NCBI GenBank assembly: GCA_016202645.1
Contig: JACQOF010000097.1
Span: 16,955 to 80,954, forward strand
Source of the DNA: a bacterium
Lineage (GTDB): Bacteria > Lindowbacteria > 2-12-FULL-62-27
Length of the DNA stretch: 64,000 nt
Direction of reading: 5' to 3'
The position numbers and the translations under genes are program-made. Under the pieces are notes generated by a model. It worked only from the letters and a program-made list of their open reading frames with translations, ran no database searches and was not told where the DNA came from. How positions within the stretch are numbered: the first letter of the stretch is position 1; each line of letters opens with the position of its first letter. Below, piece by piece: positions 8,732-17,088 of the stretch.

Positions 8732-10447
8732 TCAATCCACCGGTGTGGACCAATCCTCGCACTGTCCGCAACGGTCGTAAACCTCGGAATAGCGGCCTTC
8801 CCGGTGCAATCTCCTCCCGGATTCCATTTGATCCCAGATATCTTGAAATGACGTGACCTCCATGACGTTGGCAATCCTCGTATCCGGGGATGGCGCAAAT
8901 ACCCGGTCACACAAAACGATACTGCCATCCGTCTTGATAAACACGCTGCGTGCCAATCGACTGCACATAAACCGTTTTAAAGGAGTATAGACGGCAAGCC
9001 GTTTGTCCGGAGTTTGTCCGGCGTAGGTGGATGCCCCCTGAATGACCAGATGCTCGACCATATGACCTTCTCTGTAATATTGCCGGCGCGCGGAAACCTT
9101 CATGTCATTTGGCGGATTTTTACCCAGCCGGGCCATGTATTGATCGACGCGCGTATAAGAGGACATGAATTCGTCGATGTGATCATCCAATTCCGCAATT
9201 AACGTGGTCGTCAGCGCAACGACGGGATTGACGTTCGCAGTATCCTGGTGTTGCAGGTGATGACGTTTCAGTTCCAGGAAGCGATGAATATTCTTCCGGA
9301 CGGTATGGAAATCACCGCCCGGACGGACTCTGAGGTAATGCTCCTGATCCACCGCGTCCAGGGATATCATCACGGAATAAACAAAAGGGTGCAGCAATTC
9401 CCGGGCGATTTCCTCTGTCAGACATCTCCCGTCTGTATAAATATGGATGGGAGACCATGGGGCTTGGCGCTCCGCCGCCCGCTTGACAATATTCAGAATG
9501 TCCGGAAAGGATGGATTCTGCAATGGCTCGCCCAATCCACTCAAATGCAGGGGTATCCTCTCCCGGCCGGCCAGAGTATATATCCGATCAAAGATTTCGG
9601 GTGTCATGTAGGGGGGAAGAGTATCCGGCTTTCGCCAATGGTTTAAAGGAGAGTAGATCGCCGGATGATCATTGACCGCGGAGACTTCAAGCCAGAGCGA
9701 TCGGATTCGATGAGTTTCCAGAAAATCGCTCGTTTCCTGAAGCGTCAGGATTTTATAAACATCCAGGTGAGACACCGGCTCCTTCAGAATATTGCCGATT
9801 TTTCGATAGGCGCTGATCATGCCCCCATATGTAAAATCGAGCAGCCCACTGCTCAGGAAGTTGGAGTCCGGCTTCCGCCCCCTTTTTTTTGAGATGTCCG
9901 CGCGATACGAGGTGACCGCAGGACCGTACTGAGCATTGAGTGACGTGAATAATTCATGCGGAGATATGGTTGGCCGGGATTCCGCCAGGCTGATCAATTC
10001 CGGCATTTTGGAATGAAGTGAACGATGGATGAGAACCATCTGCCATCCGGTAAAAGCGCCGTTGATCACACAGACATGGTTGTTCCGGCTGGCCTGCTCA
10101 AGCGCGAATTTAAACGCATCCGAATCGAAGAAGGTCGACAAAGGCGGAAGAGGCGCGGTCATCCAGGGCGTGTTCATAACCTGGATGGCGGACTGAAAAA
10201 GCTTAAGGATGGAAGATATATTGAAGATCGAGGTGGATTCACTTGCTTCGATCAACGTAATCGGACGGCCGATCTTCCCAATCTCGTTTTCACAGGCCGC
10301 CCGGGTTTGAGGTGTCACCGCCGCATACACAGACCGAATTTCCTCACAGCTTTCACCTCTCTTCACCACGGCCGCAAACAGGCTCTCCTCTCCAATCGGC
10401 TCAAACCACTTCAAATCAATGGCGGGAATTAACAAGCCGGACGTCAT
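8732..10447 (-). CDS. Radical-SAM-like / SPASM-like protein lacking the CxxxCxxC triad, with unknown ~270-aa N-terminal domain (paralog 1)
   Basis: GGE-type motif HLSGLGEPLQNP. C-terminal SPASM/twitch-like segment FMCSRL..IKTDGSIVLCDR..IANVMEV..W..CGQCEDW. The position of the cluster triad reads LWLEVSAVNDHPAIYSP, with no Cys. Start set at MTSGLLIPA by alignment to paralog 2; the ORF-track ORF extends to 10543. Confidence 0.7.
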   Translation of the reverse strand: MTSGLLIPAIDLKWFEPIGEESLFAAVVKRGESCEEIRSVYAAVTPQTRAACENEIGKIGRPITLIEASESTSIFNISSILKLFQSAIQVMNTPWMTAPLPPLSTFFDSDAFKFALEQASRNNHVCVINGAFTGWQMVLIHRSLHSKMPELISLAESRPTISPHELFTSLNAQYGPAVTSYRADISKKRGRKPDSNFLSSGLLDFTYGGMISAYRKIGNILKEPVSHLDVYKILTLQETSDFLETHRIRSLWLEVSAVNDHPAIYSPLNHWRKPDTLPPYMTPEIFDRIYTLAGRERIPLHLSGLGEPLQNPSFPDILNIVKRAAERQAPWSPIHIYTDGRCLTEEIARELLHPFVYSVMISLDAVDQEHYLRVRPGGDFHTVRKNIHRFLELKRHHLQHQDTANVNPVVALTTTLIAELDDHIDEFMSSYTRVDQYMARLGKNPPNDMKVSARRQYYREGHMVEHLVIQGASTYAGQTPDKRLAVYTPLKRFMCSRLARSVFIKTDGSIVLCDRVFAPSPDTRIANVMEVTSFQDIWDQMESGRRLHREGRYSEVYDRCGQCEDWSTPVD

Positions 10448-10589
10448 TTCAAACCCTCTGACTCCGGGATCCTGTCCACCCATCCCATCCTCCTCTCTCA
10501 CACTGCGTGAATGGCGGACATTGCACCTGATCGTGGATAGCAAGTCAAGAATTCGATTCGCGTCATGGGGTCGTGGACGGCTTATGAGA

Positions 10590-12410
10590 TCATGAGATCA
10601 GGGCAGCCTCCAGGGCGTCTAGAAAGGGGTCGATAAAGGTCCGCGCGGCCCGGACCGCCTGCTGCCGCCGGCCGGCATGGTCCCTTTCCGGCTCGATCCG
10701 GAGTACCGTTTTCAGCCGGATCCCGATATCGTAAGAACCCATCGTGGCCATGTCGTCCAGCGATATGCCGCAGATGTCCCGCAAGTCCTGAAAATCGTCG
10801 AGCCTGTCGAGTTCGCGGCGGACATGGCGCAACCGAAGGATCGACGCGTTCCGATCAATATCGTGGCCCACGGCCGCACAGCGCGCAAGTCGGTCATCAA
10901 TGTCATTACGGTCAGATATCCGGCCGTGAGCGGCCCTGTTCAGAAACTCCTCCACGCTCATGAGCGGATATCCCTTCAGAACCGCGCCCCGGCTGTTGCC
11001 GATGACCGCGCAGGCAATGCCGGTGTCGGCGGAGGCACTTTCCATCCAGTGTTTATACATCAGCAGAACCCGGTTCGTGTCGACCCGCCCGCCGGAGTAT
11101 GCCTGGACTTTCACGCGGGCTTTATCGGATACGTCCGAATAAACTCGATATTCCGGCGGTATAAAACGGCTCGGCTGTGGAAACATGCTTCGGTACTGGT
11201 TGCTGGATCGGCTGTGGGTCAGGCGGCCGGGATAAGACAGATCCACGCCGACCAATCCAATGGGCCGGCATCCGGCTCTCCATGCCAGGTCAAAAGCCGC
11301 GGTGATGACGGAGCCGCCGTTCTGAAGAAACCCGGTATGTGTCCGCAGGATATGTTCGAGCAGGGGCAAAAGGCCATTCTTGAATTCAACCACCCGGTCG
11401 CCCGTTTGGGTCAGAAGATGTCCGGTCATTGACATGATTCGCCGCCGCGCGGGATACCGGACAGGGATCAGGGGATGGCAGAAACTGTCAAACAGCAGGA
11501 TGGATTCATGCGCCGGAAGGTTCTCAAAGTCCCTGACGTTGGCGGGCAGGGAATCGACGGCAAGGATGACGTCCGGGATGACCCCGGCGGCCAGCAACGT
11601 GGCCAGTGCGGTGTCAACCGCGATGATCAGGCTTCGGGGTCGCAGACGGGCCAGCGTATCCATGTTGTCATCGAGACTGGGGCCGGCGCCCACGAGAACC
11701 GCCGGAATATCCTGAAACGCGCCATGAAATCCACGGACCGGCGCGGACGTCAGCAGCGGCTTCAGGTTCTCAATCAAATTCCGGTTCCAAATGTCCCATA
11801 AAACGGATTTGGTCCGTTCATCGATATCGATCTCATTTAGATGGCGCGCCACGACGGCCCGGAGATTGTTCAATTCGACTGAGAAAATGTCCGCGTAGGA
11901 CGACAATGATTGAATATGGCCGGATAGATCAAGCCCATCCTGATGAAACTCCCGAAGGGCCTGCACGGCCAGGTCGTCCGCCCGCCGACCCGCGACCAGT
12001 TTCACCCGGGCGTCGCCCAGCAGGGCCCGCAGATCGACGCATTCCAGAAGGCTCCGGAAAATCCGTATGTCGGGTTCAACCATAATGATCCCGCCGCCGG
12101 CCGGCAGGCGTCCCAGGACCGCTTCCGCCAGATATCCCATTCCAATACCGAATACAACGTGCGCGGCAGGCGCCCGTCCGGGCCGCGGGACACCCTGCGC
12201 CATCCGCTCCGCTTCCCTGACGGGATCGCGCGGACTGTGAATGTATTTTCCGCATAACCGAAAATTGTTGATGCGTCCACCGCCCCGGTCATCGCCGTGA
12301 ATCCATTCAATGTCCGGATGCCCCCCGGCGCGGGCCAGCTCCTCGGCCAGGTCCGGGTACCGATGTTTGAGAATCAGCAGGTGATCAGAGAGGTGAGTGT
12401 GCTGTTTCAT
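10590..12410 (-). CDS. Maf-type (motility accessory factor) / DUF115 MptE-like putative nonulosonic-acid glycosyltransferase
   Basis: DUF115 core AVLVGAGPSLDDN ... IIAVDTALATLLAAGVIPDVILAVDS ... GGSVITAAFDLAWRAGCRPIGLVGVDLSY. ~600 aa, as in Maf proteins. Confidence 0.7.
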   Translation of the reverse strand: MKQHTHLSDHLLILKHRYPDLAEELARAGGHPDIEWIHGDDRGGGRINNFRLCGKYIHSPRDPVREAERMAQGVPRPGRAPAAHVVFGIGMGYLAEAVLGRLPAGGGIIMVEPDIRIFRSLLECVDLRALLGDARVKLVAGRRADDLAVQALREFHQDGLDLSGHIQSLSSYADIFSVELNNLRAVVARHLNEIDIDERTKSVLWDIWNRNLIENLKPLLTSAPVRGFHGAFQDIPAVLVGAGPSLDDNMDTLARLRPRSLIIAVDTALATLLAAGVIPDVILAVDSLPANVRDFENLPAHESILLFDSFCHPLIPVRYPARRRIMSMTGHLLTQTGDRVVEFKNGLLPLLEHILRTHTGFLQNGGSVITAAFDLAWRAGCRPIGLVGVDLSYPGRLTHSRSSNQYRSMFPQPSRFIPPEYRVYSDVSDKARVKVQAYSGGRVDTNRVLLMYKHWMESASADTGIACAVIGNSRGAVLKGYPLMSVEEFLNRAAHGRISDRNDIDDRLARCAAVGHDIDRNASILRLRHVRRELDRLDDFQDLRDICGISLDDMATMGSYDIGIRLKTVLRIEPERDHAGRRQQAVRAARTFIDPFLDALEAALIS

Positions 12411-12561
12411 TCATTCCGGTTTGCCGGTTAGGAAATTCGATCCGGAGTTCACGGCCGGATCGAATCATGGGGCGGCACGGCAGTCAACAGAGGAACGGGC
12501 ATTGCGGCCCGAATCAGGATGATGTATACATCGGGCCGGCATTGGAAATCGGGGGCGAGGA
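12411..12561. promoter_or_regulatory. Divergent promoter region with two palindromes
   Basis: Perfect 11-bp inverted repeat ATTCGATCCGG-N9-CCGGATCGAAT (12435-12465). Perfect 12-bp palindrome GATGTATACATC (12521-12532), ~30 nt upstream of the 12562 start. Lies between divergently transcribed genes. Confidence 0.35.
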
Positions 12562-14658
12562 ATGGGAATTCGTGCGGAGGTACCCAGGAAAATTTATTTT
12601 GCGGACTTGACGCACACCGCGCAAGGCATCAGTGCGGCGACGTTCCCGCTGGGCGTCAGTTTTGTCGCGTCCTACGCGAGAAAGATGCTGGGGCCGGCCT
12701 ATGACGTCCGCCTTTTTAAATTTCCAAACGATCTGGATGAGGCCCTCAGAGAGGATCCGCCCGATTTTCTCGGCATGTCCAACTACAGTTGGAATTTTCG
12801 CCTGGCGTCGACGGCGGCCGCGGCCGCGAAACGCCGGGATCCGCGTCTAACGGTGATTTTCGGCGGCCCTAATTTCCCCATCGATCCTGGTGAAAAAACG
12901 GATTTCCTGACAAACCATCCATCGATTGATTTCTATGTCGAGCTTGAAGGGGAACTTGGATTTGTAGCGCTGATCCAGGCCTTGGAACGGAATGGCCGGG
13001 ATGCGGGCCGCCTGAAGGAATCCGGCGAGAAAATCCTGAATACCACGTATCTTTCGGATGGGGTCCTGATCAGCGGTCCCATCGAGCGGATCCACGACGT
13101 CAATCTGATTCCATCCCCCTATTTGACGGGGGTGCTAGACCACTTTTTTACTCAGCCGCTCGCGCCGATGATCGAAACCACCCGCGGGTGTCCTTTCACC
13201 TGCACGTTTTGCGCGGACGGCCTGGACATCAAAGGCCAGGTGCGCCGGTTTACGGACGGCCGCGTCCGGGAGGAGTTGCGGTATATTGCCGGGAAAATCC
13301 GGAAAAGCGATGAGATCATCATCACGGACCTGAATTTTGGCATGTACAAGGAGGATCGGGAGACCTGCGAGGCCATCGCCGACGTTCAACGAACGTATGA
13401 CTGGCCGGTTCTGGTCAAGGGGTCGGCCGGAAAAAACAAGCCGGAACGGATCATTGAAGCCGCGTCGATTCTCAAGGGATCGTGGCTGATCGGATCGTCC
13501 ATCCAGTCGTCCGACCCGGACGTCCTCAGGTCCATCAAGCGCGGGAACATCTCCCGGGAGGCGTTCACGCGGTTTATCGAGTACGGAAACAGCCTCAGCG
13601 GAGATTCGCTGACGTATACGGAGATCATCCTGGGCCTGCCGGGCGACACACGGGACAAGCATTTCGAGTCACTCCGCTACGGCGTTGAGAACCGCGTCAA
13701 CAGCCTGCGGATGTATCAGGCCATTTTGCTCATGGGTACGGAGATGGCCACGCCGGAGTGCCGCCGGCAATTCGGTTTAACCACCCGATTCCGAACGATT
13801 CCGGGATGCGTGGGCATCTACCGGTTCCTGGGCGAGGATCTGCCGGTGGCTGAAATCGAGGAGATCATCGTCGGAAGCCGCACAATGTCCTTCTCGGACT
13901 ATGTGGACTGCCGGGTGATGAATCTCTTCATCGAGACGTTTTACAACAATGCTCTCTTTGAGGAAGTTTTTCAAATGGTTCGAACATTGGGAATGTCCGT
14001 ATTTGACTGCCTGGTCTATATGAAAACCCATCCGGAATTATACAGCCCTAAAATTCGCTCCGTCCTGGACAGTTTTGTGAATCAAACGCAGAACGACCTC
14101 TATGAAACATTGGAACAGGCGGAGTCCCGTCTTCTGACGCCGGAGATCATCAACCGGTACATCGGCGGCGAAATGGGGATCAACGAGCTTTTGGTCCACA
14201 AGGCCTGTCTCTATCTGGAACTCGACGACCTCGCGGATCTTCTTCGGAAATCCGTCCGGAGCATTCTGGAGGAAGCCGGGCTCTATACGCCTCCCGTGGC
14301 GGAATACCTGGGTCAGCTGATTCGATTTTTGGTCCATCGAAAAAAGAACATCACGAATACCCGGCACAGGATCGCTGACCGGTTCACGTACGATTTTGAG
14401 GCCTTCAGTCAGCTCGATTACCGGGTTGACCCCAACCGGATTGCCCCTGGAAACGAAATCGAATACGTTTTTTTTCATGATGACAAACAGCAAAAACATA
14501 TCCAGACCCAGTACACCCTGTATTCGGATACGCCCATGGGGTTGGGCCGTTTTATTCAGAGATGTAATTTCAAGAAAATGTACAGACGCTTTCGCCCACA
14601 ATCCATCGAGTCCCGGTCGGCGCCGGATCCGGCGGTCCTGGCGTCCCAGACCGCCTGA
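12562..14658 (+). CDS. B12-binding-domain radical SAM protein (paralog 1)
   Basis: N-terminal B12-like Rossmann region (LGMSNYSWNF ... VIFGGPNFP ... DFYVELEGELGF). Cluster motif TTRGCPFTCTFCADG (CxxxCxxC). ~250-aa C-terminal extension. Clear paralog of 29992-32139. Confidence 0.8.
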   Translation: MGIRAEVPRKIYFADLTHTAQGISAATFPLGVSFVASYARKMLGPAYDVRLFKFPNDLDEALREDPPDFLGMSNYSWNFRLASTAAAAAKRRDPRLTVIFGGPNFPIDPGEKTDFLTNHPSIDFYVELEGELGFVALIQALERNGRDAGRLKESGEKILNTTYLSDGVLISGPIERIHDVNLIPSPYLTGVLDHFFTQPLAPMIETTRGCPFTCTFCADGLDIKGQVRRFTDGRVREELRYIAGKIRKSDEIIITDLNFGMYKEDRETCEAIADVQRTYDWPVLVKGSAGKNKPERIIEAASILKGSWLIGSSIQSSDPDVLRSIKRGNISREAFTRFIEYGNSLSGDSLTYTEIILGLPGDTRDKHFESLRYGVENRVNSLRMYQAILLMGTEMATPECRRQFGLTTRFRTIPGCVGIYRFLGEDLPVAEIEEIIVGSRTMSFSDYVDCRVMNLFIETFYNNALFEEVFQMVRTLGMSVFDCLVYMKTHPELYSPKIRSVLDSFVNQTQNDLYETLEQAESRLLTPEIINRYIGGEMGINELLVHKACLYLELDDLADLLRKSVRSILEEAGLYTPPVAEYLGQLIRFLVHRKKNITNTRHRIADRFTYDFEAFSQLDYRVDPNRIAPGNEIEYVFFHDDKQQKHIQTQYTLYSDTPMGLGRFIQRCNFKKMYRRFRPQSIESRSAPDPAVLASQTA

Positions 14659-14674
14659 AGACATCCCCACCCTT

Positions 14675-15898
14675 TTGGACTTGAAACCCGCCGCGGCGCT
14701 CTCCTTTCCGGATCGGATTCTGCTTGCTCTGCTTAAATTCTCCTTCAGACTGCTCCAATCCGTGGTGGATATTCGTGTCGGAATGCTCACCGCGGAGAGA
14801 CTGGGGCATCTGGTCCTCGATGCGGAAGACTGGATGCGCAGCTCGATCAACTCATCCCGGGGCATTCCTCAAATCTCCCTGTTTTTTTGCGGGCGGTCCT
14901 GCAACCCGCGGCTTCTGGGCATGCTGAAACGCCAAATGTCCATCTGGAGCGGCCTCCCGGCGCTCCGGCTGTACGAATTGTTGACGACAAGGGTTCTTCC
15001 CGCGGCTTCACGGATTGAATTCAAAAAACATCAGGAAGCCGACTGGGAAATGTGGACACATGGACGGCCGAATCTGACGTTTACGACTGCCGAAAAGAGG
15101 GAAGGGGAAGCGTTATTAAGATCCATGGGGATTCCGGAGGGATCACCGTTTGTCTGCATCCACACCCGGGATTCCGCCTATTTGGAGGATGGCAGATCGG
15201 TCCGGTCGAGAATGGGGGATTGGCGGTACCATGACTACCGCGATGGCCAAATCGAAAATTATCTGCCGGCGGCCGAGTGGCTCGCCGATCAGGGCTTTTT
15301 TGTGCTGAGAATGGGCGCGGTGGTCGAGCGCCCGATTCCGAGTCGTCATCCACGGGTGATCGACTATGCCTCCCGCCATCGGACGGATTTAGGCGACGTC
15401 TATCTCATGGCGAATTGCCGTTTTTATATCGGCAGCACCTCCGGCCTTCTGGTCCTGGCCATGGCCTTCAACATTCCCTACGTCATGATCAATACGGTGC
15501 CGTTGATGTTAAAAGCCTCCAGCGCCCGGGATCTGTTCATTCTCAAAAAATACCGAAGCATCCGGGAGAACCGCATCCTGACCTTTCCGGAAATTTTTTC
15601 CAGCGGCGGTCACCGCTGGATGACGACGGCAAGCTTCGAGCGCGCGGAGATTGAACTCGTCGAAAATTCAGCGGAGGAAATTCTTGCCGTCACGCGGGAA
15701 ATGAAGGCCCGCCTGGACGGGACTTGGGTATCGACTCCGGAGGATGAGCTCTTACAAGCCCGGTTTGACGCCCTTTTCCCGCCGGCCAGTCCCTATGCCG
15801 GACATCCTTCAAGAATTGGCGCCGAATTTCTGCGCCGGAATGCGGACCTCCTGGAGGCCGGAATACCGGCGGGTGCGCGCAAGGCGGTTGCCGGATGA
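14675..15898 (+). CDS. TIGR04372-like putative glycosyltransferase (paralog 1)
   Basis: Strong similarity to 37975-39168, e.g. WRYHDYRDGQIENYLPAAEWLADQGFFVLRMGAV..HPRVIDYASRHRTDLGDVYLMANCRFYIGSTSGL. The family name is from memory. Start uncertain: TTG at 14675 just after the upstream stop, or ATG near 14779. The ORF-track start at 14396 overlaps the upstream gene. Confidence 0.6.
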   Translation: MDLKPAAALSFPDRILLALLKFSFRLLQSVVDIRVGMLTAERLGHLVLDAEDWMRSSINSSRGIPQISLFFCGRSCNPRLLGMLKRQMSIWSGLPALRLYELLTTRVLPAASRIEFKKHQEADWEMWTHGRPNLTFTTAEKREGEALLRSMGIPEGSPFVCIHTRDSAYLEDGRSVRSRMGDWRYHDYRDGQIENYLPAAEWLADQGFFVLRMGAVVERPIPSRHPRVIDYASRHRTDLGDVYLMANCRFYIGSTSGLLVLAMAFNIPYVMINTVPLMLKASSARDLFILKKYRSIRENRILTFPEIFSSGGHRWMTTASFERAEIELVENSAEEILAVTREMKARLDGTWVSTPEDELLQARFDALFPPASPYAGHPSRIGAEFLRRNADLLEAGIPAGARKAVAG

Positions 15899-17070
15899 AC
15901 TGCAGTCTTTGCGGACGGCCCGAACTGGATGCGATCCACGTTCCGCATCCATTTTTCCGGCACATGGATTTTGAGATGATACGACCCTCGGCCTGCTTGT
16001 ACCGCTGCCGTCTCTGCCGTCTTCTTCAGACGGAGCACGGAAAAAATGAGGCGGCGGCGTTGGATCGGATGTACCGGGGAAAACGATATGCCCGAAGCCG
16101 TCAGACTGAACAGACCGTTCAAGTCCCGGAATATCGCGGGCCCGTCACGCGATCGTTTTTGCAGGCGGACATTCTTGCCAATGGGATGGACCGGGAGCCG
16201 GCGTCGATCCTGGACATCGGCTGTTTTGACGGCCGGCTTTTGAATGAGTTTGTATCCAGGTTTCCCTCGGCCCAACTTCATGGGTTTGACGTCAACGAAC
16301 CGGTCCGGCGGCTTTTCCCTTCCGGAAAAAGATTTCAATTCTGGACAGGGTCTTTGGAAAACGTAACCGGGGTGTTTGATCTGGTGTGCCTGTCTCACTC
16401 CCTGATCTGTATTCCGGACATCGGAACCGCTCTTCGACGGATTTTGGATCTCCTGGCGCCCTCCGGCCGCGTTTTCATCCAATTGCCGGATATTTCGAAA
16501 AATCCCTACGCGATTCTGTTTGCCGATCAATACACCTATTTTACGAATACCATCCTGTCCAACGCACTTTCCGTGGCTGGATTTGATTGGTCGCCCATTC
16601 TGTCTTCATGGTTTCCGCGGGAAATCCTTGGGATCGCCCGGCCGCGCGGGGCGGCCCTTCCGGCGCCTGTCTGCGAAGATACCACCATATACGGGACACT
16701 TGCCTATCTGAATTCCGCCGCCGATCAAATGAAACGTGTCTCCGATGCCCATCGGACAGGGATGTCCAGTCCCCGAAGCTCCAGACTCAGGAAATCCCAG
16801 GACGGGATTTCCTTCAATCTGCGAAGGGGGCGGACGGGCGTTCTGGGAACGACCCTGAATGCGGCGTGGGCGGATCAGCTGTGTCCGACGATGCAATTTT
16901 TTGTCGACGAAAATCCGGCGAAGATTGGCCGAAGATTTCGCGGGAAGCCTGTGATCCATCCGGAATCGCTGAAACCGGACGACCAAATCCTTCTGCCGTA
17001 CGGTCTCAGCGGAGCGGCCTTGCGGGAGAAATTTGAAAAGTCATATTCCGGAAATTTCGTGAACTTTTAA
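15895..17070 (+). CDS. SAM-dependent methyltransferase with N-terminal Cys-rich (zinc-ribbon-like) region and C-terminal Rossmann-like domain; carries an in-frame repeat insertion
   Basis: N-terminal CSLCG...CRLCRL. Motif I ILDIGCFDGRLL. C-terminal GVLGTTLNAAW...FVDENPAKIGRRFRGKPVIHPESL. ATGA overlap with the upstream gene. The repeat at 16753-16831 is translated as RTGMSSPRSSRLRKSQDGISFNLRRG. Confidence 0.7.
   Translation: MNCSLCGRPELDAIHVPHPFFRHMDFEMIRPSACLYRCRLCRLLQTEHGKNEAAALDRMYRGKRYARSRQTEQTVQVPEYRGPVTRSFLQADILANGMDREPASILDIGCFDGRLLNEFVSRFPSAQLHGFDVNEPVRRLFPSGKRFQFWTGSLENVTGVFDLVCLSHSLICIPDIGTALRRILDLLAPSGRVFIQLPDISKNPYAILFADQYTYFTNTILSNALSVAGFDWSPILSSWFPREILGIARPRGAALPAPVCEDTTIYGTLAYLNSAADQMKRVSDAHRTGMSSPRSSRLRKSQDGISFNLRRGRTGVLGTTLNAAWADQLCPTMQFFVDENPAKIGRRFRGKPVIHPESLKPDDQILLPYGLSGAALREKFEKSYSGNFVNF
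16753..16831 (+). repeat. ~79-nt palindromic element, copy 1 (inside a CDS)
   Basis: 59 nt (16754-16812) are identical to the reverse complement of 55030-55088. Similarity extends to ~79 nt with 2 mismatches. Internal 9-bp stem GGAAATCCC-aggac-GGGATTTCC and 5-bp stem GGACA-ggga-TGTCC. Confidence 0.9.
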
Positions 17071-17088
17071 ATGAGTTCCTTATAACCC

